From the IMG/VR virus record IMGVR_UViG_3300020043_005956, positions 2,241 to 66,240 of that record: DNA of 64,000 bases. One strand, given 5' to 3'. The translations under genes and the position numbers were made by a program. The notes beneath the pieces were generated by a model. The model saw only the letters and a program-made list of their open reading frames with translations, was not told where the DNA came from and ran no database searches. The DNA comes from a virus (Duplodnaviria > Caudoviricetes). Every line of letters starts with the position of its first letter. Position 1 is the stretch's first letter. Shown here in pieces: positions 8,666 through 16,778 of the stretch.

Positions 8666-9142
8666 TTATTTCTTAGCTTTTTTCAGTGGTTTTTTGCCCA
8701 ATTTCCGACGGTTTTCTTCTTGTTGGTCAACCAAGAATGGGAAAGTTGTACGAAAGTCTAAAGTAAACATATCGCAGAATTCGAGGGAGGGAAGGTAAAT
8801 TAAAAAGGTTGTGTATACTTTAACAAATGTATGCAATGGGATTGCATTTAAGTAAATATTGTATTGCCTGGTAAATAGTCCGTTACTAATTTGAGCAATG
8901 CAAGCAAATTGTTTTTTAGTCAATCCGCTGCATTCTTGGACGTAGTGCAAATTGGCTCTAAATTTAGTTATAAAGGAAGTAATTGTAGGGATAAAGTACT
9001 TTTCATTACTTTGGAGGGACAAGGTGCCTAACGCTTTAAAATGGGCTTTAGCTTCATCGTTGGGTAACTTGGAAGAGTGGTTTTCATACTTTCTTTCTCT
9101 CCTTTTCTCCCTGTTCTCTCTTGTATAATTAGCCAAGTACAT
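8666..9142 (-). CDS. putative HTH DNA-binding protein
   Basis: SGLTKKQFACIAQISNGLF resembles an XRE-type HTH. Confidence 0.5.
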   Translation of the reverse strand: MYLANYTRENREKRRERKYENHSSKLPNDEAKAHFKALGTLSLQSNEKYFIPTITSFITKFRANLHYVQECSGLTKKQFACIAQISNGLFTRQYNIYLNAIPLHTFVKVYTTFLIYLPSLEFCDMFTLDFRTTFPFLVDQQEENRRKLGKKPLKKAKK

Positions 9143-9472
9143 TTGAAGATTTACCTTTTCCTCCCCATCAATTTACCTTTCAACCCTTTCCACAACCTTG
9201 AACGTTCGTTTAAGGTTATGAAAATTGGTGGTTTTGGTAATTGATTGGAGCATTTTGTTAGTTAATAATTTATTTGAATTGCCGCAAAGATAAAGCAATT
9301 TTTCAAATATACAACATCACCCTTGTCGTATATTGGTTGCCCCTTGCTTCCCTTGCCTTCCCTTGCTTGGTTGTGGTTTGGGTTTGACCTTGAAAAAAAA
9401 AGTAAGGCAGGGGGGTTGATGGCAGGGGGGTGCTTTTTTTGTCTGCTTGGTTTGGCTGAACGTGGGGGTAAA

Positions 9473-9700
9473 CCCCTCTTTCATTGAGGAACGCCTTTTT
9501 TATTGAACCTTATCATCTTTCTTTTTTTCTTGTCATTTTACTTCAACCAGCCTCTTTCAATGTACCTTACCCTCTTTCATTGAGGGATACCCTCTTTCAT
9601 TGAGGAACAACCCCTCTTTCTTTCTACCTGATAAAATTCTTCAACCCCTCTTTCTTTGCGCTAAACCAATTTTACTTCAACCCTTCTTTCTTTGAGGGAT
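9473..9700. repeat. cluster of CCCTCTTTCATTGAGG hairpin repeats in a non-coding strand-switch region
   Basis: full copies near 9474, 9570 and 9590; partial copies near 9550, 9611, 9645 and 9680. Confidence 0.85.
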
Positions 9701-9979
9701 GCCTTCTTTGACCTTTCCTTTCTCCCTTGTCAATTTTCCTTCAACCTTTAGCTTTCCCTTCAACAGCTTCTTTCTTTTGGATGATAAGAAAGGTTAGATT
9801 GATTGAATGGTAAGAAACACTTCAACAACAGCTTTGGTTTGAATGTTATGGATGTTTTGGATGTTTTGAATGTAAGTCAAGGTTAAAAAAAGTATATCAA
9901 AAAAAATAATACTTGGATAATAAACTAATAGAAGCGATTTTGCTTTGCCTACTCTAACAAGGATTTTATGTATAACTTC

Positions 9980-10039
9980 GGTACTATTAGTGGTATTATC
10001 GGTACTATTAGTGGTACTTTTGGTACTATTAGGAGTACT
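9980..10039. repeat. three 21-bp-period iteron-like repeats (GGTACTATTAG...)
   Basis: units start at 9980, 10001 and 10022. Confidence 0.85.
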
Positions 10040-10090
10040 GACAGGATAAAAAAAAGTTATTATAAATGTAAATTGATAAAATATTAGTAC

Positions 10091-10098
10091 TATATTTG
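10091..10098 (+). promoter_or_regulatory. Bacteroidota sigma-A -7 element
   Basis: TATATTTG matches TAnnTTTG, upstream of 10121. Confidence 0.7.
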
Positions 10099-10120
10099 CG
10101 GACTGAAAGTAATTTAATAA

Positions 10121-10597
10121 ATGAAAGAGAGGCACGTAAAAACAACTGAAACTGTTACCAATAATTTCTCAGAAGAAACTGGGGAATTGAAGGGAAGCCA
10201 TAAAGAAACAAAGAGCTATTCGATATTCGTGGAGGATAGCGAAAGCTTTGCTTATGTGTTTTCTTCGATTATAGGGGCATTAAAGAACTTGAATGGTAAT
10301 GATGTACTTCTTTTGACTTATTGTTCGTTAAACGCAGAATTTAACACCAACAGGATTACGATTAACAAGCCCATCTGTGACGAAATTTATGAGAAGCTTG
10401 GCGTTCCATATCAGTCGGTTAAGAACTCGCTTGGAAAAATGACCAAGATTGGTATCTTTCAAAGGTTGGGTTCGGGAAGTTATTTGATTAATCCCCATTA
10501 CTATTGGAGGGGTAAAAGGAATGAGAGAGGTAAAGTTGCCAAAGAGTTTAGTATATCAGTAAAAATCAAACCAAATAATAATTTTGAAAATGAGTAA
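10121..10597 (+). CDS. RepL-like replication/winged-HTH protein
   Basis: HTH followed by GSYLINPHYYWRG, typical of the RepL family. Confidence 0.7.
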   Translation: MKERHVKTTETVTNNFSEETGELKGSHKETKSYSIFVEDSESFAYVFSSIIGALKNLNGNDVLLLTYCSLNAEFNTNRITINKPICDEIYEKLGVPYQSVKNSLGKMTKIGIFQRLGSGSYLINPHYYWRGKRNERGKVAKEFSISVKIKPNNNFENE

Positions 10598-10820
10598 AGC
10601 AAAAAATAGATACTTTATTGTATCAGGAGGCGGCCTTGACAACATCGGCCGTGTTGGGATTTGGGCGTATGGGACTGTCAAAAACGATGGTAGGTTTCCG
10701 TCGTTAAAAGATTGCCTTATTGAGGCAGAAAATACGGTGTATGACATGACCGAATTATCAATCCTCTCCATTTCCGAACTATCCGAAACTGATTACAAAC
10801 AATTTTACGGGGAGGAATAA
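10590..10820 (+). CDS. hypothetical protein
   Basis: ORF track 10584..10820. Confidence 0.55.
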   Translation: MSKAKNRYFIVSGGGLDNIGRVGIWAYGTVKNDGRFPSLKDCLIEAENTVYDMTELSILSISELSETDYKQFYGEE

Positions 10821-10822
10821 CC

Positions 10823-11029
10823 ATGACCTACCAAAAATGTCCAATCTGCGATGGAAGCGGTATGATTCCCGAACCCTATGCTGTAACAACAAGCTTCCAC
10901 GTCAAATGCCCCACCTGCAAAGGTGCAAGAATTATCAGTTCAATGACAGGCTTGCCTCCTGAAATGGTTGTCAAGGAGGTTGAGGAAAGGGAAAGGGAAA
11001 GAGAGAAAAGACAGAAAACAATTTACTAA
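10823..11029 (+). CDS. DnaJ-type zinc-finger small protein
   Basis: CPICDGSG and CPTCKGA motifs. Confidence 0.75.
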   Translation: MTYQKCPICDGSGMIPEPYAVTTSFHVKCPTCKGARIISSMTGLPPEMVVKEVEEREREREKRQKTIY

Positions 11030-11048
11030 ACCATAACCACCAATCAAA

Positions 11049-11402
11049 ATGAAAATAATCATTGAAAGAAACGAAAAAGAACGTCTATTAAGCATCAGCC
11101 TTGAAATAGATTTATTTGCCAGCAAAGAAGAAAAAAGAAAGATACTTGAACTTGCTTTGGGGTTAGAGGCTGCACAGGTAAGCTGTCCTTTGGTTAAAAA
11201 GACAGAAGAAAATCCTATTGAACCAAAACCTTTATACGAAGTTGGCGATATGATTATTTACGAAATTGATGGAAAACGGGATACTGCTGTTATTGTTTCA
11301 ATTGGTCTTAGCCCTCATCTTTATTTTAATATTGCCAAAAGTTTAAAATCTACTCCAATTGCAAGAATTGAATTTAATCAAATAATCAACAAAATACCCT
11401 AA
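11049..11402 (+). CDS. hypothetical protein with C-terminal SH3-like segment; paralogue of 11414..11809
   Basis: MKIIIERNE vs MKLIIERNQ; LELALGLE vs LELALELD; YEVGD vs YQVGD. Confidence 0.7.
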   Translation: MKIIIERNEKERLLSISLEIDLFASKEEKRKILELALGLEAAQVSCPLVKKTEENPIEPKPLYEVGDMIIYEIDGKRDTAVIVSIGLSPHLYFNIAKSLKSTPIARIEFNQIINKIP

Positions 11403-11413
11403 CCACCAACAAA

Positions 11414-11809
11414 ATGAAACTAATCATTGAAAGAAATCAAAACGAACGCCAAAGCGCAAATGTGACTATTGACACCAAGGGATTAATTTACCCCTACGCC
11501 ATCAGGGAAGCCTTAGAACTTGCCCTTGAACTTGATGGACACACTAAACAAGATATTGCAGAGGTGTTTAATCAAGGAATGGATGCAAAGTGTGAGCCGA
11601 GTAAGCTTGTTGAGGGCATGCCCTTTGATTATTCCAGCGATTACCAAGTTGGTGATGGTGTCGTAGTAGTTGTTGACGGAAAAGAAAGGGAAGGAACGAT
11701 ATTGTTAAAGCGAGTTGTAGAAGGAGTTAGGCTTTACGACATTAAGGGGGAAGATTTTATTGGCTGCTTCCCCGAACAAAGTATTCTTTTAAAATTTAAA
11801 CGCCCCTAA
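11414..11809 (+). CDS. hypothetical protein, paralogue of 11049..11402
   Basis: shared motifs as above. Confidence 0.7.
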   Translation: MKLIIERNQNERQSANVTIDTKGLIYPYAIREALELALELDGHTKQDIAEVFNQGMDAKCEPSKLVEGMPFDYSSDYQVGDGVVVVVDGKEREGTILLKRVVEGVRLYDIKGEDFIGCFPEQSILLKFKRP

Positions 11810-11814
11810 CCACC

Positions 11815-12000
11815 ATGCAACACTTAATCAAATCAGAACTACGCCGAAGGAAGGAACAACGCCACCTTGACTATTATGGCAAATGGGTTGAACGAGCAAT
11901 GGCAATGACTGCACGAAACAAACCTCGCCCCATCCTCCAAGATGAAATTGAGTATCCCGAAGCTGAAACATTTTGCTTTGAACTGAAAAATAGGAAGTAA
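11815..12000 (+). CDS. hypothetical protein
   Basis: ORF track; TAACCACC-ATG context like neighbours. Confidence 0.55.
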   Translation: MQHLIKSELRRRKEQRHLDYYGKWVERAMAMTARNKPRPILQDEIEYPEAETFCFELKNRK

Positions 12001-12125
12001 CCCCCTAAAAACACCGAAGGCCACCTTTTACAGCAGCCTTTGATGAAAACTTTAAACTATGAAAAAAAGTGAATCAAAACCAACCACGGAAAATTCACGA
12101 GGCAAAGGTAAATAAACTTTTTTAA

Positions 12126-12386
12126 ATGAGAAACTTCCTTATTGTAATTTTATTTCTGTTGTGTGTAGTCCAGGCAAATGAGATTGACAAGCTTGAACAG
12201 ATTGACGAGGTTCACATTATGGAGGCTTGTTACCCCGAAATTGACACAATGGTTGGGCGTGATTGCGTTAAAATTGTTTTTGGAAGGATTGCCAAGCAAA
12301 TTTATGACGACACGCTTAAAACGAACAGAATTTACATAGAAAAAGCAACTTTTAAATATTACTCCAATGACCCTCACCGCAATTGA
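12126..12386 (+). CDS. hypothetical protein with signal/anchor peptide
   Basis: MRNFLIVILFLLCVVQA. Confidence 0.55.
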   Translation: MRNFLIVILFLLCVVQANEIDKLEQIDEVHIMEACYPEIDTMVGRDCVKIVFGRIAKQIYDDTLKTNRIYIEKATFKYYSNDPHRN

Positions 12387-12582
12387 CCAACTTGCCCTTG
12401 ACCTTGTTTCGGAAGGGCTAATAAAGCATTACGATTTTGTTCACCTTGTCAAAAAAGCTAAGGAAATCGAAAAGCAGCAAATCATTGAAGCGAGAAGCAC
12501 CGCACCTTTGTTGCTTAAACCGATGAAGGAGGACTACAAGGTTGAAGCGGAACATTATTACAATAAGAAGTTTAAGAAATAG
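12367..12582 (+). CDS. conserved small Bacteroidota-phage protein
   Basis: AKEIEKQQIIEA...AEHYYNKKF pattern. Confidence 0.7.
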   Translation: MTLTAIDQLALDLVSEGLIKHYDFVHLVKKAKEIEKQQIIEARSTAPLLLKPMKEDYKVEAEHYYNKKFKK

Positions 12583-12613
12583 TTTGGTAGTTTCAAAAAC
12601 ATATCTATATTTG
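12583..12613 (+). promoter_or_regulatory. sigma-A promoter of the tRNA operon
   Basis: TTTG (12583-12586), 19-nt spacer, TATATTTG (12606-12613). Confidence 0.85.
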
Positions 12614-12621
12614 CACCCACA

Positions 12622-12690
12622 ATGAAACAATTTCAGCACATACATTTTACTCAACCGATATTTAGTTGGCTGGGGCTGTATTGTGCTTAA
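12622..12690 (+). CDS. attenuator leader peptide MKQFQHIHFTQPIFSWLGLYCA
   Basis: 22-codon ORF between the promoter and a terminator; codons match the downstream tRNAs. Confidence 0.8.
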   Translation: MKQFQHIHFTQPIFSWLGLYCA

Positions 12691-12709
12691 ACGATAAAAT
12701 TAAACGCAT

Positions 12710-12746
12710 AAAGCCCCGTTCAGAAATGTTCGGGGTTTTTTGTTTT
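12710..12746 (+). terminator. attenuator terminator upstream of tRNAs
   Basis: AAAGCCCCG/CGGGGTTTT stem followed by a long T tract. Confidence 0.85.
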
Positions 12747-12822
12747 TGGGAAATGGAGGAGTCAGGCCGTCCTCGCCTCCCTTGGAAGGAGGAGTTCGCA
12801 AGTTCGAATCTTGCTTTCCCGA
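12747..12822 (+). tRNA. tRNA-Pro(TGG)
   Basis: cloverleaf folded by hand; CCTCC-CT-TGG-AA-GGAGG; TTCGAAT T-loop. Confidence 0.9.
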
Positions 12823-12827
12823 CTTAT

Positions 12828-12898
12828 TGCCCTTTCGTCTAACGGCAGGACAATTCCCTTTGAAGGAATTTATCGTAGTTCGAATCTACGAGGGGCAA
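12828..12898 (+). tRNA. tRNA-Gln(TTG)
   Basis: TGCCCTT/AGGGGCA acceptor; ATTCC-CT-TTG-AA-GGAAT. Confidence 0.92.
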
Positions 12899-12908
12899 CT
12901 GATAACAT

Positions 12909-12980
12909 GGTGAAATTACGTTAATGGTAAACGGATTGCTTGTGATGCAATTATTATCAGTTCGAATCTGATATTTCACA
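12909..12980 (+). tRNA. tRNA-His(GTG)
   Basis: G-1 plus GTGAAAT/ATTTCAC acceptor; ATTGC-TT-GTG-AT-GCAAT. Confidence 0.88.
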
Positions 12981-12984
12981 CTTT

Positions 12985-13055
12985 GCTGACCTAACTCAAT
13001 GGTAGAGTGCTGGCCTGAAAAACCAGTAGTAAAGGTTCGACTCCTTTGGTTAGCG
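12985..13055 (+). tRNA. tRNA-Phe(GAA)
   Basis: GCTGACC/GGTTAGC acceptor; CTGGC-CT-GAA-AA-ACCAG. Confidence 0.88.
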
Positions 13056-13061
13056 CTAAAT

Positions 13062-13135
13062 TGACCCTTGGCTCGGTTGGTTAGGGCGGCGCACTCATAA
13101 TGCGAAGGTCGTTGGTTCGATTCCAACAGGGTCAA
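13062..13135 (+). tRNA. tRNA(CAT), probably Ile2 (lysidine) or elongator Met
   Basis: TGACCCT/AGGGTCA acceptor; CGCA-CT-CAT-AA-TGCG; lacks the initiator GGG/CCC stem. Confidence 0.88.
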
Positions 13136-13164
13136 CTTTTTTTTGGTAGTTTAATTTTTTGGTG

Positions 13165-13296
13165 TAATTTTGCCTTCAAGTTCACTCTTGGCGGAGCGCA
13201 CTAAAAAGACATTTTTTATTCCTCGGGCATAGCCCAAAGAATTCGACCCACTTGAAGTTCCCCTCCGCCAAGAGAACAAGTGGGCTTTTCTTTTTA
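13165..13296 (+). promoter_or_regulatory. promoter plus structured leader with competing pairings and a terminator-like stem
   Basis: TAATTTTG at 13165; CTCTTGGCGGAG/CTCCGCCAAGAG; CCCACTTG/CAAGTGGG followed by T tract. Confidence 0.75.
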
Positions 13297-14064
13297 ATGC
13301 CAAACCACAAAAGAGATAGGGAGTATGTAAGGTTTCAAGCTAAACTTAGCGATGAGGGCTTGCTTTCTTTGTGGTGCAACTTCGATACATTAAAAAGGCA
13401 TTGCGAAGTAATTAACGGAAAATGGGCAGACCTTGATGGAGGTTTTGTTCGTACAAAAGACCTCGAAATTCACGCTAAAAGGTTAAAGGTAAGGAAAGAT
13501 ACCCTTCGCAAGAAATTAAGCCAAATGGTGAAAGAAGGATGGGCAATAAAGAAGCGTACAGGCGTTCAATTAGTTTCTTGGAAAAAGGTTGCGGCTAAAT
13601 ATGGTTTCAACCTTAAACAGAGAATGATTTTAGGCCACAACAAAAAGACGTTTAGGCAAAATGCCACTTATGCTTACATAAGAAGTTCAATAAATCAAAA
13701 AGTTCACCGAAGATTTCAAGAACTTAACAGAAAGGAAATGATTGTTAAAAAGGAGCTTATCAGAGAAACCAAGCTCGCTTTGATTAACAACCCCAGCGAT
13801 GATTACAACTTTGCTCCTTCTGTTAGAGAGATTGCAAAGAACATCGGATTAAAGTCAGCAAGAAGCGTTTCAACAATTAATCAGAACCTTGAAGCAAGGG
13901 GATTGATTGAAATGGAGAAAAGGAATACGTTTGCTTGTATGACCGAGGACTATCCAATCTTCATCAAAGGACAACCCGAATTTGAAGGACATTGTTTCCG
14001 TTCAAAGAACGATAAAGGGCTTGTTGTAATGAGAAGATTGAAGCAATTTATTTTTTTAAAATAG
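13297..14064 (+). CDS. basic protein with two HTH-like segments (replication/regulation)
   Basis: ORF track 13252..14064, ATG at 13297; KDTLRKKLSQMVKEGW and PSVREIAKNIGLKSARSV. Confidence 0.7.
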   Translation: MPNHKRDREYVRFQAKLSDEGLLSLWCNFDTLKRHCEVINGKWADLDGGFVRTKDLEIHAKRLKVRKDTLRKKLSQMVKEGWAIKKRTGVQLVSWKKVAAKYGFNLKQRMILGHNKKTFRQNATYAYIRSSINQKVHRRFQELNRKEMIVKKELIRETKLALINNPSDDYNFAPSVREIAKNIGLKSARSVSTINQNLEARGLIEMEKRNTFACMTEDYPIFIKGQPEFEGHCFRSKNDKGLVVMRRLKQFIFLK

Positions 14065-14265
14065 GACTTTGGCAAAAAAATGCACATATTGAAAGAAACC
14101 CAATACCTTTAGACCATTTGGCATTAAGACAACAGCAAGGAGTATTTGACCCCCTGAACAAAGATAAAAACCCGATTTCACCCGCAAAAAATTATAAAAA
14201 ACAACCCAAAATAAATTTGTTTGTTTCATAAAACTTCATAACTTTGCGTAAAGGATTTAACTTTT

Positions 14266-14433
14266 ATGCCCAAACTCCGCAAAACGATAAACATTGACAA
14301 GGAAACAGCCGACAAGGTTGAGCAGTTGTCTGTCAAGCAGAAAAGGTCGTTCAGCCAAATGAGCGATATTTTGTTGAACAAAGGGATTGAAGTAACTGAA
14401 AAGGGAAAGTTATGCCACGCTACGCCAAAGTAA
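14266..14433 (+). CDS. ribbon-helix-helix regulator (55 aa)
   Basis: translated by hand: MPKLRKTINIDKETADKVEQLSVKQKRSFSQMSDILL; TAACTTTG promoter upstream. Confidence 0.7.
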   Translation: MPKLRKTINIDKETADKVEQLSVKQKRSFSQMSDILLNKGIEVTEKGKLCHATPK

Positions 14434-14552
14434 TCGCAACAGGAATCATTGGAAGGATTGGGGATATGGATGAAAACTTTGTAGGCTTGTGGATTGAAGG
14501 AAAAAGTCGGTTGCAAGTGTACCTAATTGGGGAGGTTGAATTAATTGATTAA
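14412..14552 (+). CDS. small hypothetical protein (46 aa)
   Basis: translated by hand: MPRYAKVIATGIIGRIGD... Confidence 0.45.
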   Translation: MPRYAKVIATGIIGRIGDMDENFVGLWIEGKSRLQVYLIGEVELID

Positions 14553-14556
14553 AGCT

Positions 14557-14784
14557 ATGAACATAACTATCAAAGCCGATTCCGAAGATATAAGGATTTA
14601 CGTTGATAAATTGCTTCATTTGAGGTTTCCAAGGGATAAAAACATAATTGTGCATAGTTGGATTGAAGGGCATAGCAAAGCTTTCTACATTAGCCTCGAT
14701 GTCAATGGAAGGAAGGAAGTTGTTATTTATGACAGCAAGGAAATGTGGGAGAAGGTGTTGAAAGTATTAGATTGTGAATTGTAA
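14557..14784 (+). CDS. hypothetical protein
   Basis: ORF track 14545..14784. Confidence 0.6.
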   Translation: MNITIKADSEDIRIYVDKLLHLRFPRDKNIIVHSWIEGHSKAFYISLDVNGRKEVVIYDSKEMWEKVLKVLDCEL

Positions 14785-14796
14785 AAAAATTAAAAA

Positions 14797-14991
14797 ATGA
14801 AAAATCAATCACTCCCCACCTTTGAAACATTCGTTGAAGATAACTTCATCAGAATCCATTTCGACCTTTACCAATCCATTGACACGAAAATTTACTATAC
14901 CTACGAACAGGTTGAGGCAAGGTACGCCAACTTGAAGTTTCAAGAAAGGGCAAAGAAATTAAATTTAAATCAAGAGGAAAAAGAACAATGA
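14797..14991 (+). CDS. hypothetical protein
   Basis: ORF track. Confidence 0.55.
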   Translation: MKNQSLPTFETFVEDNFIRIHFDLYQSIDTKIYYTYEQVEARYANLKFQERAKKLNLNQEEKEQ

Positions 14992-15422
14992 AAATATTAG
15001 CACTTGACATAGCCACCAACACAGGGTGGAAAACAGAAACCGCCAGCGGGGTGTGGAACTTAAAACCTGCAAGGGGTGAAAGCGAAGGAATGAGGGTTGT
15101 AAGGTTTAAATCCAAGGTGAGGGAACTTATCGAAATGGAATCAATCACCCTTGTCAGTTATGAACGCCCTGCTGGAATGCACAAAGCCTCCATTATGGTT
15201 GCATCAGAAATGGTTGGGGTGTTGAAAGACCTTTGCATTGAAAAAGGGATTGAACTTGCCTGTTATTCAGCAACAGAAATCAAAAAGTTTGCAACGGATA
15301 AAGGGAATGCCAACAAGGAACAAATGATTGAAGCGGCAAAGAATCTTGGGTTTAATCCAAAAGATGATAATGAGGCTGATGCCATATGGCTTTACCTTTT
15401 AACTAAAAAAGATGTTAACTAA
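14988..15422 (+). CDS. RuvC-like Holliday junction resolvase
   Basis: ILALDIATNTGW, YERP, KGNANKEQMI and DDNEADAI motifs. Confidence 0.88.
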   Translation: MKILALDIATNTGWKTETASGVWNLKPARGESEGMRVVRFKSKVRELIEMESITLVSYERPAGMHKASIMVASEMVGVLKDLCIEKGIELACYSATEIKKFATDKGNANKEQMIEAAKNLGFNPKDDNEADAIWLYLLTKKDVN

Positions 15423-15423
15423 T

Positions 15424-15681
15424 TTAGCAGCCCCACCTTTTTCTTGCGGCCTTGCCTCGTTCGCCTGTCCAACCCTTAGACCTTGCACAGAAACTTTTTT
15501 TTCTTGCAGCGTCCTTTTCGGTTTTTGGATTTGGAGCAGGTGGTTTAAGGTTAGAACCGTTCTTGGCGTTATAAGCTCGGCGACCTTTTTCAGTCATACC
15601 AGCTCCTTGAGAAACGGGTAAGTAGTTTTTATTTTTGCCCTTTGTGGTTTTAGGAATTGGTTTGTCGTGTTTGTTTGCCAT
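15424..15681 (-). CDS. small basic phage protein (DUF6321-like)
   Basis: GMTEKGRRAYN...GSNLKPP...RKKSFCARS...ARKRWGC; own TAATTTTG promoter. Confidence 0.75.
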   Translation of the reverse strand: MANKHDKPIPKTTKGKNKNYLPVSQGAGMTEKGRRAYNAKNGSNLKPPAPNPKTEKDAARKKSFCARSKGWTGERGKAARKRWGC

Positions 15682-15716
15682 AAGACAAAATTACAAAAAA
15701 ATAATTATCTTTGCCT

Positions 15717-16085
15717 ATGCAATATTTTGGAATCATACTTATAGCAGTAGCTATATTAATTTTTATTTACTCCATACTTGAACTAAGGAGAAGTCGTATA
15801 TTAGAACGTGAAGACTTGGAGGATGGGGATTTGTCTCAAAATGCAAGTAGTATTATTGGTGAAGTTGCCGAAAAGCCGTTTGACCTTGTTACCTTTCGTG
15901 GTGAAACAATAAAAATGGGAATATACGAAGCTTGGTATTTTAATAATGTACTGAAAGACAGAAAAGCAAGAAGCAAGGCTTGGGCTTTAGCCAAAAAAGG
16001 AAAGTACCCCTTTCCTGAAATATTGGAAATGGAGAAAGATTGGAGAGCAACGAAGGATAATCCTATTGAAGTAACTCTACCCTAA
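15717..16085 (+). CDS. membrane-anchored hypothetical protein
   Basis: N-terminal hydrophobic helix; TATCTTTG upstream. Confidence 0.65.
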   Translation: MQYFGIILIAVAILIFIYSILELRRSRILEREDLEDGDLSQNASSIIGEVAEKPFDLVTFRGETIKMGIYEAWYFNNVLKDRKARSKAWALAKKGKYPFPEILEMEKDWRATKDNPIEVTLP

Positions 16086-16347
16086 ATGCTCTATTAATGG
16101 AAATTTCATTTCCTTCGATTCCTTTTGAATCAGGCAGAAACAAAACCTTTACGTTGTCTCCCTTTTTGATTCTTTCAAGGATATTAAATATGCCTTCTTT
16201 CGCTTCAAAGAACGGAAAGAAAGATTTTCCATTTTTCTCGTTTACGACTTCTAACTTGAAGCAAGTTTTTTTAAAAGGCTCTCCTTCTCTTGTTGTTAAG
16301 TGTCTATGTGACAGACTTACGAATTTTCCTGTAATTGATGATGACAT
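16063..16347 (-). CDS. OB-fold ssDNA-binding protein (DUF3127-like)
   Basis: ITGKFV...GEPFKKTCFKLE...IKKGDNVKVLF pattern. Confidence 0.6.
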   Translation of the reverse strand: MSSSITGKFVSLSHRHLTTREGEPFKKTCFKLEVVNEKNGKSFFPFFEAKEGIFNILERIKKGDNVKVLFLPDSKGIEGNEISINRAFRVELLQ

Positions 16348-16374
16348 TTCAAATAAATAAAGCACAAAAATAGT

Positions 16375-16761
16375 ATGGAAGACGAATATTTTGACTATAT
16401 CCCTGAAATTCCTAAACTTCTTACTGACCAAGAGTTTGAAGAAGCGGAAAAAGATTCGATAAGAAAGCCTTATGTGGCAAAGTTATTAAAGTTATTTAGG
16501 CACGTTAAGGAAAGGCCAGAATTAAAGGTAAAGGCAATGCTAAATTCAAGCCTTGATAGCATCTATACGATGACTTCTGATGGCGGGTTAAGTGTTGTTA
16601 AGGATGGTGATGTGAACCCACTTTTAAAAGCAAATTTGCTTATTGCAGAAAAGTCTGCTTCAATAATGAAAGGAATTAACGAAACGAAAAAATTAACAGG
16701 AGAACCTAATCAAGAAAGTGAAGGAGTAAAAGAATCAAAATTTAAACCTAAGTTGGGATAA
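16375..16761 (+). CDS. hypothetical protein, possible terminase small subunit
   Basis: position directly upstream of the large terminase. Confidence 0.5.
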   Translation: MEDEYFDYIPEIPKLLTDQEFEEAEKDSIRKPYVAKLLKLFRHVKERPELKVKAMLNSSLDSIYTMTSDGGLSVVKDGDVNPLLKANLLIAEKSASIMKGINETKKLTGEPNQESEGVKESKFKPKLG

Positions 16762-16778
16762 ATTAGTAATTTTGCGAA

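Noticed and set aside
9473-9700. Possible CRISPR mini-array
   Set aside because: Repeats are short (about 16 bp), degenerate and irregularly spaced, with no uniform spacers and no cas genes.
9794-10135. 113-aa minus-strand ORF
   Set aside because: Runs through tandem repeats and the RepL-like promoter; low-complexity product.
12839-13135. 98-aa minus-strand ORF
   Set aside because: Antisense shadow of the tRNA cluster.
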